A DNA stretch of 63,491 bases, the filler included, from Reclinomonas americana ATCC 50394 (Eukaryota), in NCBI GenBank assembly GCA_048213135.1. It is 15 parts of 15 records of this genome, joined end to end, with 100 filler letters (N's around TTAATTAATTAA, not from the genome) between each part and the next. Parts side by side here need not be neighbours in the genome. Positions count along the whole stretch, not along the records: positions 32,558 to 48,420 come from AFZH01020459.1; positions 48,521 to 57,173 come from AFZH01020460.1; positions 57,274 to 62,161 come from AFZH01020462.1; 12 more parts are not named here. The stretch is one strand, 5' to 3'. Every line of letters starts with the position of its first letter. Positions within the stretch are counted from its first letter, which is position 1. A program made the translations under genes and the position numbers. The notes under the pieces were generated by a model. It ran no database searches, was not told the origin of the DNA, and saw only the letters and a list, made by a program, of their open reading frames with translations. This document shows positions 47,114 through 60,383 of the stretch, in pieces.

Positions 47114-48870
47114 ACTTACTCACCCACGATTGTCACATCGCTGGTGGAATGTGGCTGCCGCAAACCCATCTCGACTGCCCTTGAACAGCAACGTCAACTT
47201 GGGCACACTCCCACCACCGCCACGCGCATGCTCCACCCATTGCAGCACCACTCGCCCATCCGCCGCACTTTAGAGGTCGCTGTCAATCTTCCTCTCCGCT
47301 CGCTCCCGCTCCTCTCGTTCCCCGGCCTCGCGCTCTCGTTCCTCCCGCTCTCTGGCCTGCCTCTCCCGCTCCTCCTGCTCCCTGGCCAGTCTCTCCCGCT
47401 CAGCCGCCTCTCGTTCCTGAATCGCTCTTTCTCGCATCTCCAGTGGCTCGAGACGAGCGAGCAACTGCAGATGAAAGCAAGAGACAGAATGAGGAGAAAA
47501 CGCACCCGAAATCCACCGACATTTACACAACAGACCTGAACAACACCTCTCTCAAGAGCTTCTCGCATGCGCTGCTCTTCGGCAAGTTGCTGACGAGCAA
47601 CTTGAATATCAGCTTGCCTCGCCTGTTGCTCGGCAGCGAGTTGCTGGCTGTATTGCACAAGCCGCTCGTCTGTCAAGCGCAGTCGCTCCTCAACAGCCTG
47701 CCTCGTCTGTTGCTCCATTCCAATGCACTCATTTGCAGCTTGCAGCTCACGAGTCAATCGCTCCTCAACAAGTTGTCTCGCTTGTTGCTCTTGAGCCAGC
47801 ATCCCCACACAATTGACCAGTCGCTCATCTGTCATTTGTCTCGCCTCTCTCTCCTGAGCCACCATCTGAGACACCTCCCGCACCCGACCATGCAGCTGTG
47901 GATACACAACTTACATCAGCATGAATCACCAGCACCATCTACTGCCCATCACTCAAAACTCACCTCTCGCAGTGGTCGCTCCACTCGCAACACATCGCAC
48001 ACTCGCTCATGCTCCTCCCTCTCACCAATTACACCACGCCACTCACACTCCAGATCACCACCACGACACACTGTGTGCTGCAGTCGGCATTCCGTTTCTG
48101 TCACAAGAGAACAAATCAGTGTCATGTCACACATCTCTTTCATCAAAGCACACTCACCAAGATGCCGCTGCATATCAGCCAGTGAACAATGCTGCTGGCA
48201 TCCACGCGGACACACTCGCATGCACCCACTCCAGCTGTGCTCCACCATCTCACTCAGCGCCATCCTCGCTCCACACCCGAGCGGGCACTCGCGCAAGCAG
48301 CCACTCCACTCGTGCTCCACGGTGCGATAGAGTGTCATCTGTTGTCCACATCTCTCGCAGGCATGCGGACACTGCGATGGACCGTGTGTGCGGTAGTAGT
48401 CGCCCACCGTCTGTATATATNNNNNNNNNNNNNNNNNNNNNNNNNNNNNNNNNNNNNNNNNNNNTTAATTAATTAANNNNNNNNNNNNNNNNNNNNNNNN
48501 NNNNNNNNNNNNNNNNNNNNCCTTCCCTTTACCTACACACTCTCTCTCTCTCTCTCTCTCTCTCTGTCTTCACTCACCAAACACACTGGACACACATACT
48601 CGTCCGCCATTGCCCGCGACTCTTGCACGACATGCTCCATCCACAAACGCGGTGGCTTTGCCTTCTTCTCCTCCTCCTTCTCCACTTCTGATGGAGGACG
48701 ACGATGCACAGCGCGCACGACACAGAACTCATATTGTTGTTCCTCGTCAGAGAGTCGCATCATATCACTTGCTGCTCGAGAACAATTTGACTGTCTCCAT
48801 CTGCGCGAGGAGGAGGAAGAGGAGCAGAGGCAGAGCCACTGCCTTCACCGCTACCGTCTTTGAATCCCAT
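46614..48870 (-). pseudogene. RING / TRAF-ZnF / coiled-coil / TLDc gene, copy 1 (disrupted)
   Basis: Same exons as copies 2-6, but with a 5-nt insertion near 48761-48765 and an in-frame TAA at 47270-47272 just before the TLDc domain. The middle RING exons fall in the gap. Confidence 0.75.
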
Positions 48871-49130
48871 TCTCTGTCACCAATGACGAAGGACTGATGA
48901 GTGAGGGCACCGTAATGCAGGACGTACTTTCTCCGTCGTGAAGCCGCAGTGCAGCAACAGACTGCGTTGTTGGTGATGGGGTCTGTGCGACTGCTCAATT
49001 GCCACCCCTGCTCTTGACAGAGAGATGCACAACGAGCGACAAGACACATTTGCTTCTGTTCGCCAGCTTGGTGCTTGCGCATGCACGACGGATGAATCGC
49101 GAATGACCAAGAAGCACAGTGTTCTGTTGT

Positions 49131-51885
49131 TCACTCAACGAGGAACACTTCGTAGTCTGCCACTTGGAAGTTCTTCGATCCCATCAGTGTCGCGTCGTCA
49201 TATACTCCACCGTCGGTGCTCTGGTAATTGCCAGGGACGCTGTTGCTGTGGGTGTTGATGTTGCAATTGTCTGCCAAGTAAAGGTCAGCTCCACCAGCGA
49301 AGACTGGTCCAATGTCAGAGCAGTGATAAAAGGCCTGCTGTTTCTTGTCATCCTTCAGTGCAAAGCGTCGTGAATTTGCACCACTCCACGATGCCGAAAA
49401 CAAGAAGCTGGAGCCGGATGGATCAGCAGCGTGCACGCCTAATACATGAGACTGCCACGGAATCGGCGTGTACCCGCCACACACTCGTCCGGTCGACGAC
49501 TTGACCACAGTCAGCGTCGGTCTGAACACAGCCACTCACCCATCAGCTATCTAAACAACAAACTCGCTCTCCATTCCTCCATCACTCACCCACGATTGTC
49601 ACAGCGCTGATGGAATGTGGCCGCCGCAAACCCATCTCGACTACCCTTGAACAGCAACGTCAACTTGGGCACACTGCCACCGCCACCTCGTGCCTGTTGC
49701 ACCCAGTGCAACACCACTCGCCCATCCTCTGCACTCAGCAGATCGCTATCAACTTTCACCTGTGCGAGCACGCGCTCCTCTCGTTCTCTGGCCTCGCGCT
49801 CCCGCTCCTCGCGTTCCCTGGCCTGCCTCTCCCGCTCCTCCAGCTCTCTGGCCAGCCGCTCCCGCTCAGCTGCCTCTCGCTCCTGGATTGCTCGCTCACG
49901 CACCTCCAGTGGCTCGAGACGGGCGAGCAGCTGCAGATGAAAGCAAGAGAGAGAATTAGGAGAAAACGCACTCGAACGGTCCACTGACAATCACACGACA
50001 GACCTCAGCAACACCTCTTTCGAGAGATTCACGCATGCGCTGCTCTGCAGCAAGTTGCTCGCGAGTAGCTTGACTCTCAGCTTTCCTCGCCTGTTGCTCC
50101 GTGACAATGCGCTCATTTGCAGCTTGCAGCTCGTGTGCCAATCGCTCTTCGACAACCCGCCTCGCATCCTTCTCCTGTGCCAGCTGCTCCCTGCCTTCGG
50201 CCACCATTTGAGAGAGCTCTCGCACCCGACCATGCAGCTGTACACATAACCAATAGCCACATTAGCTGCTTAAATGACCAGCAGCATCCCCTGTCCACCA
50301 TTCCAAACTCACCTCTCGCAGCGGTCGCTCCACTCGCAGCACGTCGCATACTCGCTCATGCTCCTCCCTCTCACCAATGATCCCACGCCATCCACATCCC
50401 AGTTCACCACCACGACACACTGTCTGCTGCAGTCGGCACTCCGTTTCTGCCACGAGAGAACAAAGGGAGACACCACATCAGTGTCTTTCACACTACTCTG
50501 CTCATCAAGCACACTCACCAAGATGCCTCTGCATCTCCGCCAGTGCACACTGCTGCTGACATCCACGCGGACACGCCCGCATGCACCCACTCCAGCTGTG
50601 CTCCACCATTTCACTCAGTGCCATCTTCGCTCCACACCCAAGTGGACACTCGCGCAAGCATCCACTCCACGCATGCTCAGCGGTGCGATCGAGTGTCATC
50701 TGTTGTCCACATCTCTCGCAGGCATACGGGCACTGTGTGAGGCCATGTGTGCGATAATAGTCGCCCACCGTCTGTTCTCATCCACCATGAGCGGAGAGGG
50801 AGAGAGGGAGAGAGAGGACAATGATAAGAAAGACGAAAGACAGAGAATGCGAGCGAGAGAAGAGAACGAGAGAATTCACCGAGAATGAGAGGGAGGGCAA
50901 AAGAGGTAGAGAAAATGACACGGTGCAAAGAAATGAGAGAATGACACTGAGAATGAGAGGGAGGAGAGAGAGAATGACACCACAAGATAAGAGAGAAAGA
51001 GGGCAAGGGAGAAAGAGAGAACGAGAGTGCGCAAGAGAGAGAGAGAAGCACAACAAAACACACAAACCATGGGTGCGTGGCACAGCGGGCATGTGATCTG
51101 CATTCCCACTCATAGTCAGCAAAGCAAGACAGCTATCATGCACAACGAGCACCATCTCCCCAACCTTCAAGTTGCCATACATGACCACATTCCGTCGCTG
51201 AGCCTCCTTCAGTGTGGCCAGCGATGTGACTCCATCGCCACACAGATCCGACCCGGCCTCCGTCACATGCTCACTGCCAAGTCACTCATTACCATCAGTT
51301 GTGCATGACATGGAAGACCTTGCCTCTCTCTCACTCACCGACAGATGAAGTGCAGCTCGTGGGCACACAACACGAAATCCGGAGCACACAGATCCTGTTG
51401 GCAGCACACAGAAGTCATGTCACAATAAGCACGATGAAGCAGAGCGAAGGGTGGTTGCAGGCGCGACTCATGAAAAAAGACTGTTCTCTCTCTTCATGTG
51501 ATGGGGATGTGCACGAAACACTGTTGCAACCTGACGAGAGCGCGCATGCTTCTCTCTCCCTTTCCCCTTTGCTCTCTCTCTCTCTCTCTCTCTCCCACTC
51601 TTCACTCACCAAACACACTGGACACACATACTCGTCCGCCATTATCCGCGACTCTTGCACGACATGCTCCATCCACAAACGCGGTGGCTTTGCCTTCTCC
51701 TCCTCCTTCTCCACTTCTGATGGAGGACGACGATGCACAGCGCGCACCACACAGAACTCATACTGCTCGTCGTCAGAGAGTCGCATCACTTGCTGCTCGA
51801 GAACAATCTGACTGTCACCATCTGCACGAGGAGGAGGAGGAGCAGAGGCTGAGCCACTGCCTTCACCACCGTCTTTGAATCCCAT
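49131..51885 (-). CDS. RING / TRAF-ZnF / coiled-coil / TLDc protein, copy 2 (complete)
   Basis: MGFKDG..YVCPVCL|DLCAPDFVLCAHELHFICR|EH..NLK|ITCPLCHAPM|C-C-H-C fingers|coiled coil|KLTLLFKGSRDGFAAATFHQRCDNRG|PTLTVVKS..GGYTPIPW..SFLFS..GPVF..DL..DYEVF. Confidence 0.88.
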
Positions 51886-52148
51886 TCTCAGTGAGGGAGA
51901 GTTGAGAGAGGACACATGCAGGACGTCTTTTCTCCGACGTGAAGCAGTGCATCAGCAACAACAGTCTGAGTTGCTGGTGATGGGGTCTGTGCGACTGCTC
52001 AGTGGCCGTCCCTGCTTTTGATAGAGTGATGTGCAACGAGCGACAAAACACACTTGCATGTGGTCGCCTGTGTCGCGATCGCCTGTGTCGTGCTTGAGCT
52101 GTAAGACGGATGTTGTGCACATGACCAGGCATCACAACATTATGTTAT

Positions 52149-54590
52149 TCACTCAACGAGAAACACTTCGAACTCTGCCACCTGGAAGTTTCTCGCTCCC
52201 ACCAATGACATACTGTCGTATACGTCGAAGTCAGTGATGTAATACGAGAGAAGATTGCTGTAGCTGTTGTTGTTGTTGTTGCAGCTATCAGACAAGTAAA
52301 GGCTGTGGCCACTGCCAAAGCATGGGCCGTGGTCAGAGTAGAGGCGAATGGCTCGATGTTTCTGATCATGCTTAAGTGCAAAGCGACGCGCGCTTGCATC
52401 ACTCCACGACGCCGAGAAAAGGAAGCTGGTACCCGACACATCCGCGACCCAAGAAGCCGAAGCTGGAGACTGCCACGAGACAGGCGTGTACCCGCCACAC
52501 ACTCGTCCCGTCGACGACTTGACCACAGTCAGAGTCGGTCTACACACACTCACTCACTCGTCAGTCACACAAACAACAAGCAATCTCTCTGCATCAATCA
52601 CTCACCCACGATTGTCACACAGCCGATGGAATGTCGCGGCCTTGAATCCATCCCGACTGCCCTTGAACAGCAACGTCAGCTTGGGTACACTCCCGCTGCC
52701 TCCTCGCGCCTGCTGCACCCATCGCAGCACCACTCGCGCATCTGCCGCACTCAGCAGATCGCTGTCGGTTTTCAACTTCGCCAGCTCCCGCTCCTCTCGT
52801 TCTCTGGCCTCACGCTCCAGTTCCTCTTCTTCCCTCGCCACTCTCTCCCGATCAGCTACCTCGCGTTCCTGCATCGCTCGTTCACGCATCTCCAGCGACT
52901 CGAGACGGTCAATTAGCTGGAAATTAAGAAAATGAATAAGCCAAGAGAAATCAACCACTCGGTACGCCGAAGCGTAATAAATATCACCTTAGAAACTCTT
53001 GCCTCGAGAGCTTCACGCATCTTCTGCTCTGCGGCCAATCGCTCGGTGTACAACGCAAGGCGTTCATCGGCTGCGACTACAGCAGCCTGTCGCGTCTTTC
53101 GCTCATCAGCCAACTGCTGACTACATTTGATGAGGCGCTCGTCAGCAGCTTGCAGTTCAGCCTGTCTCGCCTCCCTCTCCTGAGCCACCATCTGTGACAG
53201 CTCTCGCACCCGACCATGCAGCTGTACACATACATGCAAACCACATCAGCTGTCTGCATGACCAGCAGCATCCGCAGCCTACGCACCTCTCGCAGCGGTC
53301 GCTCCACTCGCAGCACGTCGCATACTCGCTCATGCTCCTCCCTCTCACCAACAATACCACGCCATCCACACCCCAGTTCACCACCGCGGCACACTGTGTG
53401 CTGCAGACGGCACTCCGTTTCTGCCACGAGAGACATCAAGTCAGTGTCATGATCCACCTCTCTTTCCTCTCCAAAGCACACTCACCAAGATGCCGCTGCA
53501 TATCAGCCAATGAACTCTGCTGCTGACATCCACGCGGACACTCTCGCATGCACCCACTCCAGCTGTGCTCCACCATCTCACTCAGCGCCATCCGTGTTCT
53601 ACACCCGAGTGGACACTCGCGCAAGCATCCACTCCACTCATGCTCCGCCGTGCGATCCAGCGTCATCTGCTGTCCACACCTCTCGCATGCGTACGGGCAC
53701 TGTGATGGACCATGTGTGCGGTAATAGTCGCCCACCGTCTGCTCTAATCCACAGTGAGCGGAGAGGGAGAGAGAGGGAGAGGACGATGGGAAGGAAGATA
53801 GAGACTGAGAATGAGAGGGAGTGAAGAGAGCGAGAGAAGACACCAAGAATGAGAGGGAGGGCAAGAGAGGTAGAGAGAGAGAGAGAGAGAGAATGACAGG
53901 CTGCAAGAAAAAGAGAGAATGACACCAAGAATGAGAGGGAGTGCAAGAGAAGCAGAGAGAGAGAGAGAGAGAATGACACAGTGCAAAGAAAATGAGAGAA
54001 TAACACTGAGAATGAGAGGGAGCGAGAGAGACACCACAAGAAGAGAGGCAAATAAGACGGAGAAACACAACAAGACAAACCATGGGTGCGTGGCACAGCG
54101 GGCATGTGATCTGCATTCTCACACTCGCTGTCAGCAAACAAACAAGACAGCCATCATGCACAACGAACATCATCTCCCCAACCTTCAAGTTGCCATAGAT
54201 GACCACGTTCCGTCGCTGTGCCTCCTTCAGTGTGGCCAGCGATGTGACTCCATCGCCACACAGATCCGATCCAGCGGCAGTCACATGCTCACTGTCAAGT
54301 CACGCGTTACAAACAGTTGTGCATGACACGGAAGGCCTTGCCTCTCTTCGCACACTCACCGACAGATGAAGTGCAGCTCGTGCGCACACAACACGAAATC
54401 CGGAGCACACAGATCCTGTTGCAGCACAGAAGTCATGTCACAATAAACACGACGAAGCAGAGCGAAGGGCGGTGGCAGGCGCGACTCATGAACAGAGAGT
54501 GCTCTCTCTCTCTCCATGTGATGAGGATGTGCACACGAATCAATGCTGCGGCCTGCAAAGAGTGTGTGCTTGTCTCTCCTTTCCCTACTT

Positions 54591-54626
<36 letters not shown>

Positions 54627-54914
54627 ACTCACCAAACACACTGGGCACACATACTCGTCCGCCATCATCCGCGACTCTTGCATGACATGCTCCATCCACA
54701 AACGAGGTGGCTTTGCATCTTCCTCCTTCTCCACTTCTGATGGAGGACGACGATGCACAGCGCGCACCACACAGAACACATATTGTTCCTCGTCAGAGAG
54801 TCGCATCACTTGCTGCTCGAGAACAATTTGACTGTCTCCATCTGCGCGAGCAGGAGGAGGGGGAGGAGCGGAGGCAGAGCCACTGCCTTCACCTCCGCCG
54901 TCTTTGAATCCCAT
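52149..54914 (-). CDS. RING / TRAF-ZnF / coiled-coil / TLDc protein, copy 3 (complete)
   Basis: All exons present. TLDc motifs GSRDGFKAATFHRLCDNRG, GGYTPVSW, GPCFGSG and EFEVF. Confidence 0.88.
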
Positions 54915-55190
54915 TCTCTGTCGCCGATCCTGTCGCCAATGTCGAAGGGAAGAGAGGACACGTGATGCAGGACGTCTTTTTCTCCGACGTGAAGCCGCAG
55001 TGCAGCAACAACAGTCTGCATTATGGGTTACTGTGCGACTGCTCAGTGGTCATCTCTGCTCTTGATAGTGAGATGTACACCGAGCGACAAACACATTTGC
55101 GTCTGTTCGCCAGCATGGTGCTTGAGCATGAACGATGCACGCGATCTGGATGACACCGGAACGACCAGGCAACAGAGTGTTGCCTGCTAT

Positions 55191-57038
55191 TCACTCAACA
55201 AGAAACACTTCGTAGTCGGCCACTAGGAATTTGTACGATCCCATCAACGTCGTGCTGTCACATGCTCCACCGTCGGTGCTCTGGTAATTGACAGGGTTGC
55301 TGCAGCTGTTGCTCTGGCTGTTGCAGTTGTCTGCCACGAGGAGGTCGTTGCCACCGTAGAAGATTGGTCCAAATCCAGAGTGGTGATAAACGGCCTGCTG
55401 TTTCTTGTCAGCCTTCAGTGCAAAGCGCCGCGCATGTGCACCACTCCACGACGCCGAGAACAAGAAGCTGGTGCCGGATGGATCGGCGACAACGGTGACC
55501 GTGGACTGCCACGGGACAGGGGTGTACCCGCCACACACTCGTCCCGTCGACGACTTGGCCACAGTCAGCGTCGGTCTGCACACAATCACTCACCCATCAG
55601 CCACCGAGCAATACAAGCTGTCTCCCCTTCCCTCAATCACTCACCCACGATTATCACAGCGTTGATGGAATGTGGCTGCCCTGAATCCATCTCGACTGCC
55701 CTTGAACAGCAACGTGAACTTGGGCACACTCCCACCACCTCGCACCTGCTGCACCCATTGCAGCACCACCCGTCCATCCGCAGCACTCAGCAGATCGCTG
55801 TCGACCTTCCTCTCCGCTCGCTCGCGCTCCTCTCGTTCCCTGGCCTGCCGCTCTCGCTCCTCTCGCTCCCTGGCTTGCCTCTCTCGCTCCTCCTGTTCTC
55901 TGGCCAGCCGCTCCCGCTCAGCTGCCTCTCGTTCATGGATCACTCGTTCACGCATCTCCAGTGGCTCGAGACGGGCGAGAAGCTGCAGATGAACGCAAGC
56001 GAGAGAATGAGGAGAAGACGCACTCGAACGGTCCACTGCCATTCACACAACAGACCAGTGCAAGCTGCTGGCGGCACTCGACCAGCATTCCAACGCAGTC
56101 GCCAAGACGATCGTCAGCGACTTGTCGCGCCTCTCGCTCACAGGCCACCATCTGAGAGAGCTCTCGCACTCGGCCATGAAGCTGTGCACAACAATACAAG
56201 TCGCATTAGATGCACTAAATAACCGGCAGTATCCACTGTGCATTCCAAATTCACCTCACGCAGTGGTCGTTCCACTCGCAACACGTCGCACACTCGCTCA
56301 TGCTCCTCCCTCTCACCAACAACACCACGCCATGCACACCCCAGTTCACCACCACGACACACCGTGCGCTGCAGCCGGCACTCCGTTTCTGTCGCAAGAG
56401 AACACAAGAGACACACCACATGAGTGTCATGACACACCAGATCTCCATCAAGCACACTCACCAAGATGCCGCTGCATCTCCGCCAGTGAACACTGCTGCT
56501 GACACCCACGCGGACACGCCCGCATGCACCCACTCCAACTGTGCTCCACCATCTCACTCAGTGCCACCCTCGCTCCACACCCAAAAGGACACTCGCGCAA
56601 GCATCCACTCCACTCATGCTCCGCCGTGCGATCCAGGGTCATCTGCTGTCCACATTTCTCGCATGCGTGCGGGCACTGCGTGAGGCCATGCGTGCGGTAG
56701 TAGTCGCCCACCGTCTGTTCTCACCCAAAGTGAGTGGACGGATGAAACGAGGGAGGGCACAGGGGGACGATGAAAAGGATGACCAGAGACAGAGAACGAG
56801 AGGAAGCGAAGAGAACGCGAGAAGACCGAAAATTAGAGGGAGGGTAAGAGAGGCCGAAAGAAGAAGTGAACGATGAGAAGATCAGAGTCAGAGAAGGCGA
56901 GGGCGAGAAGAGAACGAGAAGACACCAAGAATGAGAGGGAGGGCAAGAGAGGTAGAGGGAGAGAGGGAGAGAATAAGAGGATGCACAGAAATTGAGAGAC
57001 TGACACTCGGGAGAAGACAGAGAGAGAAAGACACCACA

Positions 57039-57080
<42 letters not shown>

Positions 57081-57513
57081 AGAGAGATAGACAACAACGA
57101 CACAACAACAGTGGTGCGTGACACGAGGTGGACTATGTGTTCGTGCTATTCTACACTCTATTCGTACACGAACNNNNNNNNNNNNNNNNNNNNNNNNNNN
57201 NNNNNNNNNNNNNNNNNTTAATTAATTAANNNNNNNNNNNNNNNNNNNNNNNNNNNNNNNNNNNNNNNNNNNNTTGCATGACTTGCTCCATCCACAAACG
57301 CGGAGGCTTTGCCTTGTCCTCCTCTTTCTCCACTTCTGACGGAGGACGACGATGCACAGCGCGCACCACACAAAACACATATTGTTCCTCGTCAGAGAGT
57401 CGCATCACTTGCTGCTCGAGAACAATCTGACTGTCTCCATCTGCGCGAGCAGGAGGAGGGGGAGGAGCGGAGGCAGAGCCACTGCCTTCACCTCCGCCGT
57501 CTTTGAATCCCAT
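55191..57513 (-). CDS. RING / TRAF-ZnF / coiled-coil / TLDc protein, copy 4 (RING exons in gap; short coiled coil)
   Basis: Exon 1 at 57274-57513; ZnF, coiled-coil and TLDc exons at 55191-56714. Linkage across the gap is assumed. Confidence 0.78.
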
Positions 57514-57770
57514 TCTCTGTCGCCAATGTCGAAGGGAAGAGAGGACACGTGATGCAGGACGTCTTTTTCTCCGACGTGAAGCCGCAGCGAAGCAGCAGCA
57601 ACAATCCGCGTTGTGTGGGGTCTGTGCGACTGCTCAGTGGTCATTCCTGCTCTTGATAGTGAGATGCACAACGAGCAACAAGACACACTTGCATCTGTTC
57701 GCCTTTGTGGTGCCTGTGCATGCAAGATGGATGACACCTGAACGACCAGGCAGAACAGTGTTCTTGTTAT

Positions 57771-60023
57771 TCACTCGACGAGGAATACTTCGTAGTCTGC
57801 CACTTGGAAGTTCCTCGATCCCATCAATGTCGTGTCGTCAAATACTCCACCGTCGGTGCTCTGGTAATTGACAGGTTTGCTGTAGCTATTGCTGTTGCTG
57901 TTGCAGTTGTTAGTCAAGTAAAGGTCGTAACCACCATAGAAGGCTGGTCCGTATCCAGGATAGTGGCCAACGGCCTGCTGTTTCTTGTCATCCTTCAGTG
58001 CAAAGCGTCGTGAATTTGCACCACTCCACGATGCCGAAAACAAGAAGCTGGAGCCGGATGGATCAGCAGCGTGCACGCCTAATGCATGAGACTGCCACGG
58101 AATCGGCGTGTACCCGCCACACACTCGTCCGGTCGACGACTTGACCACAGTCAGCGTCGGTCTGAACACAGCCACTCACCCATCAGCTATCTAAACAACA
58201 AACTCGCTCTCCATTCCTCCATCACTCACCCACGATTGTCACAGCGCTGATGGAATGTGGCCGCCGCAAACCCATCTCGACTACCCTTGAACAGCAACGT
58301 CAGCTTGGGCACACTGCCACCGCCACCTCGTGCCTGTTGCACCCATCGCAGCACCACTCGCACATCCTCTGCACTCAGCAGATCGCTATCAACTTTCACC
58401 TGTGCGAGCACGCGCTCCTCTCGTTCTCTGGCCTCGCGCTCCCGCTCCTCCCGCTCCTCCAGCTCTCTGGCCAGCCGCTCCCGCTCAGCTGCCTCTCGCT
58501 CCTGGATTGCTCGCTCACGCACCTCCAGTGGCTCGAGACGGGCGAGCAGCTGCAGATGCAGCAAGAGAGAGAATGAGGAGAAAACGCACTCGAACGGTCC
58601 ACTGACAATCACACGACAGACCTGAGCAACACCTCTCTCGAGAGATTCACGCATGCGCTGCTCTGCGGCAAGTTGCTCGCGAGCAGCTTGAATCTCGGCT
58701 TGCCTCGCTTGTTGCTCCATGACGATGCACTCATTTGCAGCTTGCAGCTCGCGAGTCAATCGCTCCTCAACAGCTTGTCTCACTTGCTGCTCAGCGGCTA
58801 GCCGCTCATCTGTCACTTGTCTTGCCTCCCGCTCACTGGCCACCATCTGAGACAGCTCTCGCACCCGACCATGCAGCTGTGCACACAAACACAACCCACA
58901 TCAGCTGCCTGCATGGCCAGCAGTACCCACAGCCTACACACCTCTCGCAGTGGTCGCTCCACTCGCAGCACATCGCACACTCGCTCATGCTCCTCCCTCT
59001 CACCAATTACACCACGCCATCCACACCCCAGTTCGCCACAACGACACACTGTGTGCTGCAGTCGGCACTCCGTTTCTGTCACAAGAGAACAAATCGGTGT
59101 CATGATGCACGACCCTCTCCTCCAAGCACACTCACCAAGATGGCGCTGCATATCCGCCAGTGAACACTGCTGCTGACATCCACGCGGACACGCTCGCATA
59201 CACCCACTCCAGCTGTGCTCCACCATTTCACTCAGCGCCATCCTCGCTCCACACCCGAGCGGGCATTCGCGCAAACATCCGCTCCACTCATGCTCCGCCG
59301 TGCGATCGAGTGTCATCTGTTGTCCGCATCTCTCGCATGCGTACGGGCACTGTGATGGACCGTGTGTGCGGTAATAGTCGCCCACCGTCTGTTTCATCAT
59401 CCGCAGTGAGCGGAGAGAAAGAGAGGGAGAGAGAGGATGATGGGAAGGAAGATAAGAGACAGAGAATGAGAGGGGGTGAAGAGGACGAGAGAAGACACCA
59501 AGAATGAGAGGGAGGGCAAGAGAGGTAGAGGGAGATGGAGAGAGAGAATGACACCACAAGATAAGAGAGAAAGAGGGCAAGGGAGAAAGAGAGAAAGAGA
59601 GTGCACAAGAGAGAGTGAACGAGAGTGCGCAAGAGAGAGAGAGAGGAACATCACACGAAGAGAGAGAGAGAGAGAGAGAGAGAAGCACAACAAAACACGC
59701 AAACCATGGGGGCGTGGCACAGCGGGCATGTGATCTGCATTCTCATTCCCCGTCAGCAAACAAGGCAGCCAGCAATGCACAACGAGCATCATCTCCCAAC
59801 TTTCAAGTTGCCATACATGACCACATTACGTCGCTGAGCCTCCTTCAGTGTGGCCAGCGATGTGACTCCATCGCCACACAGATCCGACCCGGCCTCTGTC
59901 ACGTGCTCACTGCCAAGTCACTCGTCACAAACAGTTGTGCATGACACGGAAGACTTTGCCTCACTCACCGACAGATGAAGTGCAGCTCGTGGGCACACAA
60001 CACGAAATCCGGAGCACACAGAT
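57771..60023 (-). CDS. TRAF-ZnF / coiled-coil / TLDc gene, copy 5, lacking exon 1 (N-truncated or pseudogene)
   Basis: Exons from DLCAPDF onward are intact. Intron-1 sequence joins upstream-region sequence directly near 60110-60135, with no gap and no MGFKDG..CPVCL exon. Confidence 0.72.
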
Positions 60024-60383
60024 CCTGCAAACAAGGGAAGTCATGCCACAATAAGCACGATGAGAAGAGAGAAGGATTGTGGCAGGCGCGACACATGAAC
60101 AAAGACTGTGCTCTCTCTCTCTGCAAATGACGATGAGAGAGGACACGGGATGCAGGACGTCGATTCTCCGACGTGAATCCGCAGCGAAGCAGGAACAGCA
60201 GACTGCGTTGTTGGTGATGTATTCTGTGCGCCTGCTCAGTGGCCATCCCTGCTCTTGATAGTGAGATACACAACGAGCGACAGAACACACTTGCATGTTT
60301 TCGCCAGCGTGGTGATCGAGCATGCAAGATGCACGCGAGACGGATGACACATGAATCACCAGGCAACAGAGTGTTCTTGTTAT

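Noticed and set aside
47270..47272. In-frame TAA as a reassigned sense codon
   Set aside because: TAA ends the glycosyltransferase gene (39500), no conserved gene here shows internal TAA/TAG, and this copy has a second lesion.
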